Of a stretch of DNA of 64,000 bases, positions 60,527-64,000 are shown piece after piece. Source of the DNA: Diadema antillarum. Its lineage: Eukaryota. The notes under the pieces are model-generated. The model made no database searches. It saw only the letters and a program-made list of their open reading frames with translations, and was not told the DNA's origin. Within the stretch, counting starts at the first letter, position 1; each line of letters opens with the position of its first letter. Made by a program: the position numbers and the translations under genes. The stretch lies in NCBI RefSeq assembly GCF_040938485.1, contig NW_027271411.1:496001-560000 (forward strand), read 5' to 3'.

Positions 60527-62708
60527 TTAATGATACAATGTATGTGTATGTCCAATGCAATATTGCTTTGAAATCACTGGGTTCAGTGTGTCAGTGGTAG
60601 TAAAGTGCACCCTGCATACGCACATACAGTGTACACAAAGTGTAGACTGGCTATATTCTAACATAAGCATGTGTGGTGTTTGCAGCTGGATGCATGCAGG
60701 GGCCAGTGATACAATCGCTCCATGTTACATCTATTGCATCAAATGATATATCATTACAGAGTGCCACCTGGGCAAAATATTGCACAAAAGTTGTCTTTTA
60801 GTGGAATTGGTAGGAATTCTTAAGTTAAGTAGTGTATCCTGCCATGTTGCAAAAACAAAGCCTTGAAATATCCATACATTTTAATTATTGAATATACCAG
60901 GTGTACATTGACAACACATCAACATGTATGGCAAGTAGATGTATCCAATCTTGATTACCAGGTAGCCCAATATTGTTAAAATTAGCAATGACAGTCCTTT
61001 AGACTTCGTGAAATAGATGACTCAAATGTCCTATGGTATGAAAGAGTATGACCAGAAAATATGGAAATGATTAGGTTATAATGCCATTAACAGTCAAGTG
61101 GCTATTTCTTGGCTTACTTTGTCATATTTATGATTTATCTTGATTGTTATCATCATCATCATTTGAGCCATCTGATCTGCTGCAGGTAGACAACATGAAA
61201 CCATACCATTCTGTCAGACTATGTTTTTGAGAAAATATATCTATAACTATAAACACTATTTACAATTTTGTTGTATATCAAGATTCCACTGTAATGATCT
61301 GTTAGACAACCTCAGCATTTTCTCATTTTTTTTTTTTTTTTTGTGAAGGTGTCATGTCATCACAGTGGCATACAAATGTATGTATTTTTTTTTCTTTTGT
61401 ATTTCTTTAATGCTTTGGTTTATTTGGGTTTTTGGCTTTCACCCAGACTTCCTTTGCGTTTGCAATTTAGAAGTGAGAGTATTTCATGAGGCTTTCTTTG
61501 TCATTGACTCCAAAAACTATTCAGTGCATTAGTCAAATCATGATACAATTTTTGTAATTAAATTAACTTTGTGACAAATCTGCCAAGAGCTTCACAATTT
61601 TTAAACTCCAGTTTATTAGAGACCATCACTCCAGGCACTTCATGATGCTTTGAATCAAAGATCAAAGGGAAAGACCTAACTCATGCACATAATTATTTCC
61701 ACATGTAGTAAGAATACAGTTTTGTGCCAGTACAAGATACAGTCCAAGGGATGGAACGCAGTTTGTTCTTTGAAAGTTGTGAATGTGCCCGAACTAAATG
61801 GGTGTTTTACATACTGACATGCTCTGTAAAGATTGTTTGTTTTGTTTTCGTTTTCCATCTGAAATTAGATGGCTGGATAGCCCATATTCAGCTACATTAG
61901 CTGGTCTTTCATGGGGTCCAATTGTATGTACTTGCATTAGACTGCTTCGCCTGGTTACATTATGCACCCTGCTCTTTGTGATGATTGAATGAAGCGGGAT
62001 CTTGCATGTTCATGGCTTGTGACTCTCTCACACATGGGACCTTAATTTTATGCCCTGTCCAAAGGAACAGAGTTTTTTCCTGCACTAGAGGTGAGAGTAT
62101 GATAATACACAACATTGGTCAGGAAGACAAGAAGACTCAATAGGATTTGAACCCATACCCCAACCCAAACTATTCGATTGCAAGATGGATACGTACACTA
62201 CTGACTGAATGTTTGTGCACTATAGGCCTATTATATGTCAATACTGGAAGAGATATGATCCAAGGGATAAAGGGTAGTTTGCTCTCAGAAAGTTATAGAT
62301 GTGCTGAAAGTCTGTACATGAGATTTTTTCCGCCATTCAGTCATGGAAAAGGGTTCAATAATTCAAATACTGTACAAGCTAATGCGTACAGTGTACACAA
62401 TTTCTCATTTTTACAGTGGTGTGATTTTGCCTCTGATACTCTGTATGTCAATATGGTAAATGTAAATTCTTCTAATTGTTTGATAAGAATGACTATGTGA
62501 ACTTTGATATTTTTGTACTTCTCTACAAAGGTACTACTGTAATACCTGTGATGCTTTCACCATGCTTTTTCTTTTTTTTGTTGTTGTTCCAAGGGTGTAA
62601 ATTTCATGTTTAGGGAGAAAAAAGAATTTATGTGAATAATAATGATATTTTTAAACAGTGATGTACACATGAAAATGTGCTTTCATTTTCTTACAAAACA
62701 GAAACCTG

Positions 62709-62855
62709 GGGCCCATTTCTGAAAACTTAGCCATCAGTGACAACTGTCACATTTCTATGACAAATTTGCTCTCAGCCAATCCGCTGCAAGGATTTCAGTA
62801 GCTTGTCACATCTATGACAACTTGTCACTGATGACAAGTTTTATGAAACAGGCCC
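62709..62855. mobile_element. Harbinger-like MITE with CTG TSD
   Basis: CTG|GGGCCCATTTCTGAAAACTT...AAGTTTTATGAAACAGGCCC|CTG; internal TGTCAC/GTGACA repeats. Confidence 0.7.
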
Positions 62856-63248
62856 CTGGAGTGAGAGTTGCATGGATTTAGTGGTGGTGATGTAAGTGTT
62901 TGGAATACGAGTCTAATATGTGTTTCCAGGGAAGAGAGAAAGCATAGCAATTAGCATAATTGTCTGTAGTGGTGAATATGTGTTGTTTTGTTGTCATAGC
63001 AAATGAATACCAGTACACTACAGGCGACTCCCACTTTAACATATTGATTCATGGGACCTGCACTTTTCTTTCGTTAGATCAATATTTTGTTATGATTGTA
63101 ACAAATGAAGTATCTAAAGATAATTATAGAGAATACTTTTTGGACCTGAATTTTCACTAGATTGTGTCAGGAATTTCGATAACTCTGTTAGTTATAGCAG
63201 GAGTGCACTGTGGGTACCTACACTGAATGCATATTATCCAAATGATAC

Positions 63249-63294
<46 letters not shown>

Positions 63295-64000
63295 CTTTGA
63301 TTTGTACATACTGTACGTACCAGACCTACCAAGTGTCATGCGTGAGGGGGTCTTTCTCATGCTCACAAGCCTGACAAGCTTTCATTTGAATGCCTCGCAA
63401 AATAAATAAAGAAAAAAAAAAAACCCGACAGATTTACAAATACCAAAGTAGTCGCCTTCTGAGGAAAAATACGTTTTTTTTTTTTTATATTAGAAATAAC
63501 AAAGAATTTATACTCAGTATGCACCACTTTGTTCAATTATTTACAACTTGAAATCCTGAAGCTGCCTACTGTAGTCCTACAGGGGGGTTCAGGGAATAAT
63601 TTTTCTGGTATCACATACCGGTAGCAATTTGCTATGCATTTTAGTATGACTGCTATGCAAAATGCGCTATTTGCACAACATTTTCATTACAAAAACTTGT
63701 ACACCATTTTGTTAAAGATGTAGGTCCTTGACTAAGATTGCTATTCAATTTTGAGAAGGAAAATTATTCACTAGGATTTCATCCCCCACCCCACCCTTGG
63801 ATGTGTAATCTCACACCTAGCTGATCTAGTTGCATCTTTTAGGTTCAGCGTTGGTCAGTGCAGAGTGTTTATAGAGTTAGGGAATAATGCCTTACATACT
63901 TTAAAAAGTTGTGTGTGGGGGGGGGGGGGGAGGGGGTGGTCAATCAGTTTATAATCAATTCATTACACTTTATGTTCTAGCCGACTCTGATACAAAGCCT

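Overview
Metazoan (deuterostome, probably sea-urchin/echinoderm; inference) genomic DNA, AT-rich and repeat-dense, with one N-gap (55928-56062). Four host genes are supported: NDUFA13/GRIM-19 (+, 4 coding exons), a SAXO5/TEX45-like axonemal protein (-, 8 coding exons), an mTERF-family protein resembling sea-urchin mtDBP (-) and a C2H2 zinc-finger gene (+). The main accessory element is a complete, young 10.3-kb BEL/Pao LTR retrotransposon (34081-44374, -) with an intact 1761-aa gag-pol, near-identical LTRs and a 5-bp TSD. It has three unusual RNA-level features. There is no tRNA-type PBS next to the LTR, but a 12-nt (16 with a bulge) complement of that region lies inside its own LTR, suggesting self-priming. 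The 5' leader is built from about 8 repeated stem-loops, each carrying the palindrome CAGAUCUG. Two identical GC-rich hairpins follow the pol stop. The window also holds a three-layer nest: a LINE relic, split by a ~1.4-kb fold-back element, which carries a telomere-repeat MITE. There is also a 4.2-kb TIR element with dispersed GTAACGTA motifs, and many MITEs and SINEs. All coordinates were read by eye; family names are from recalled hallmarks, not database searches.
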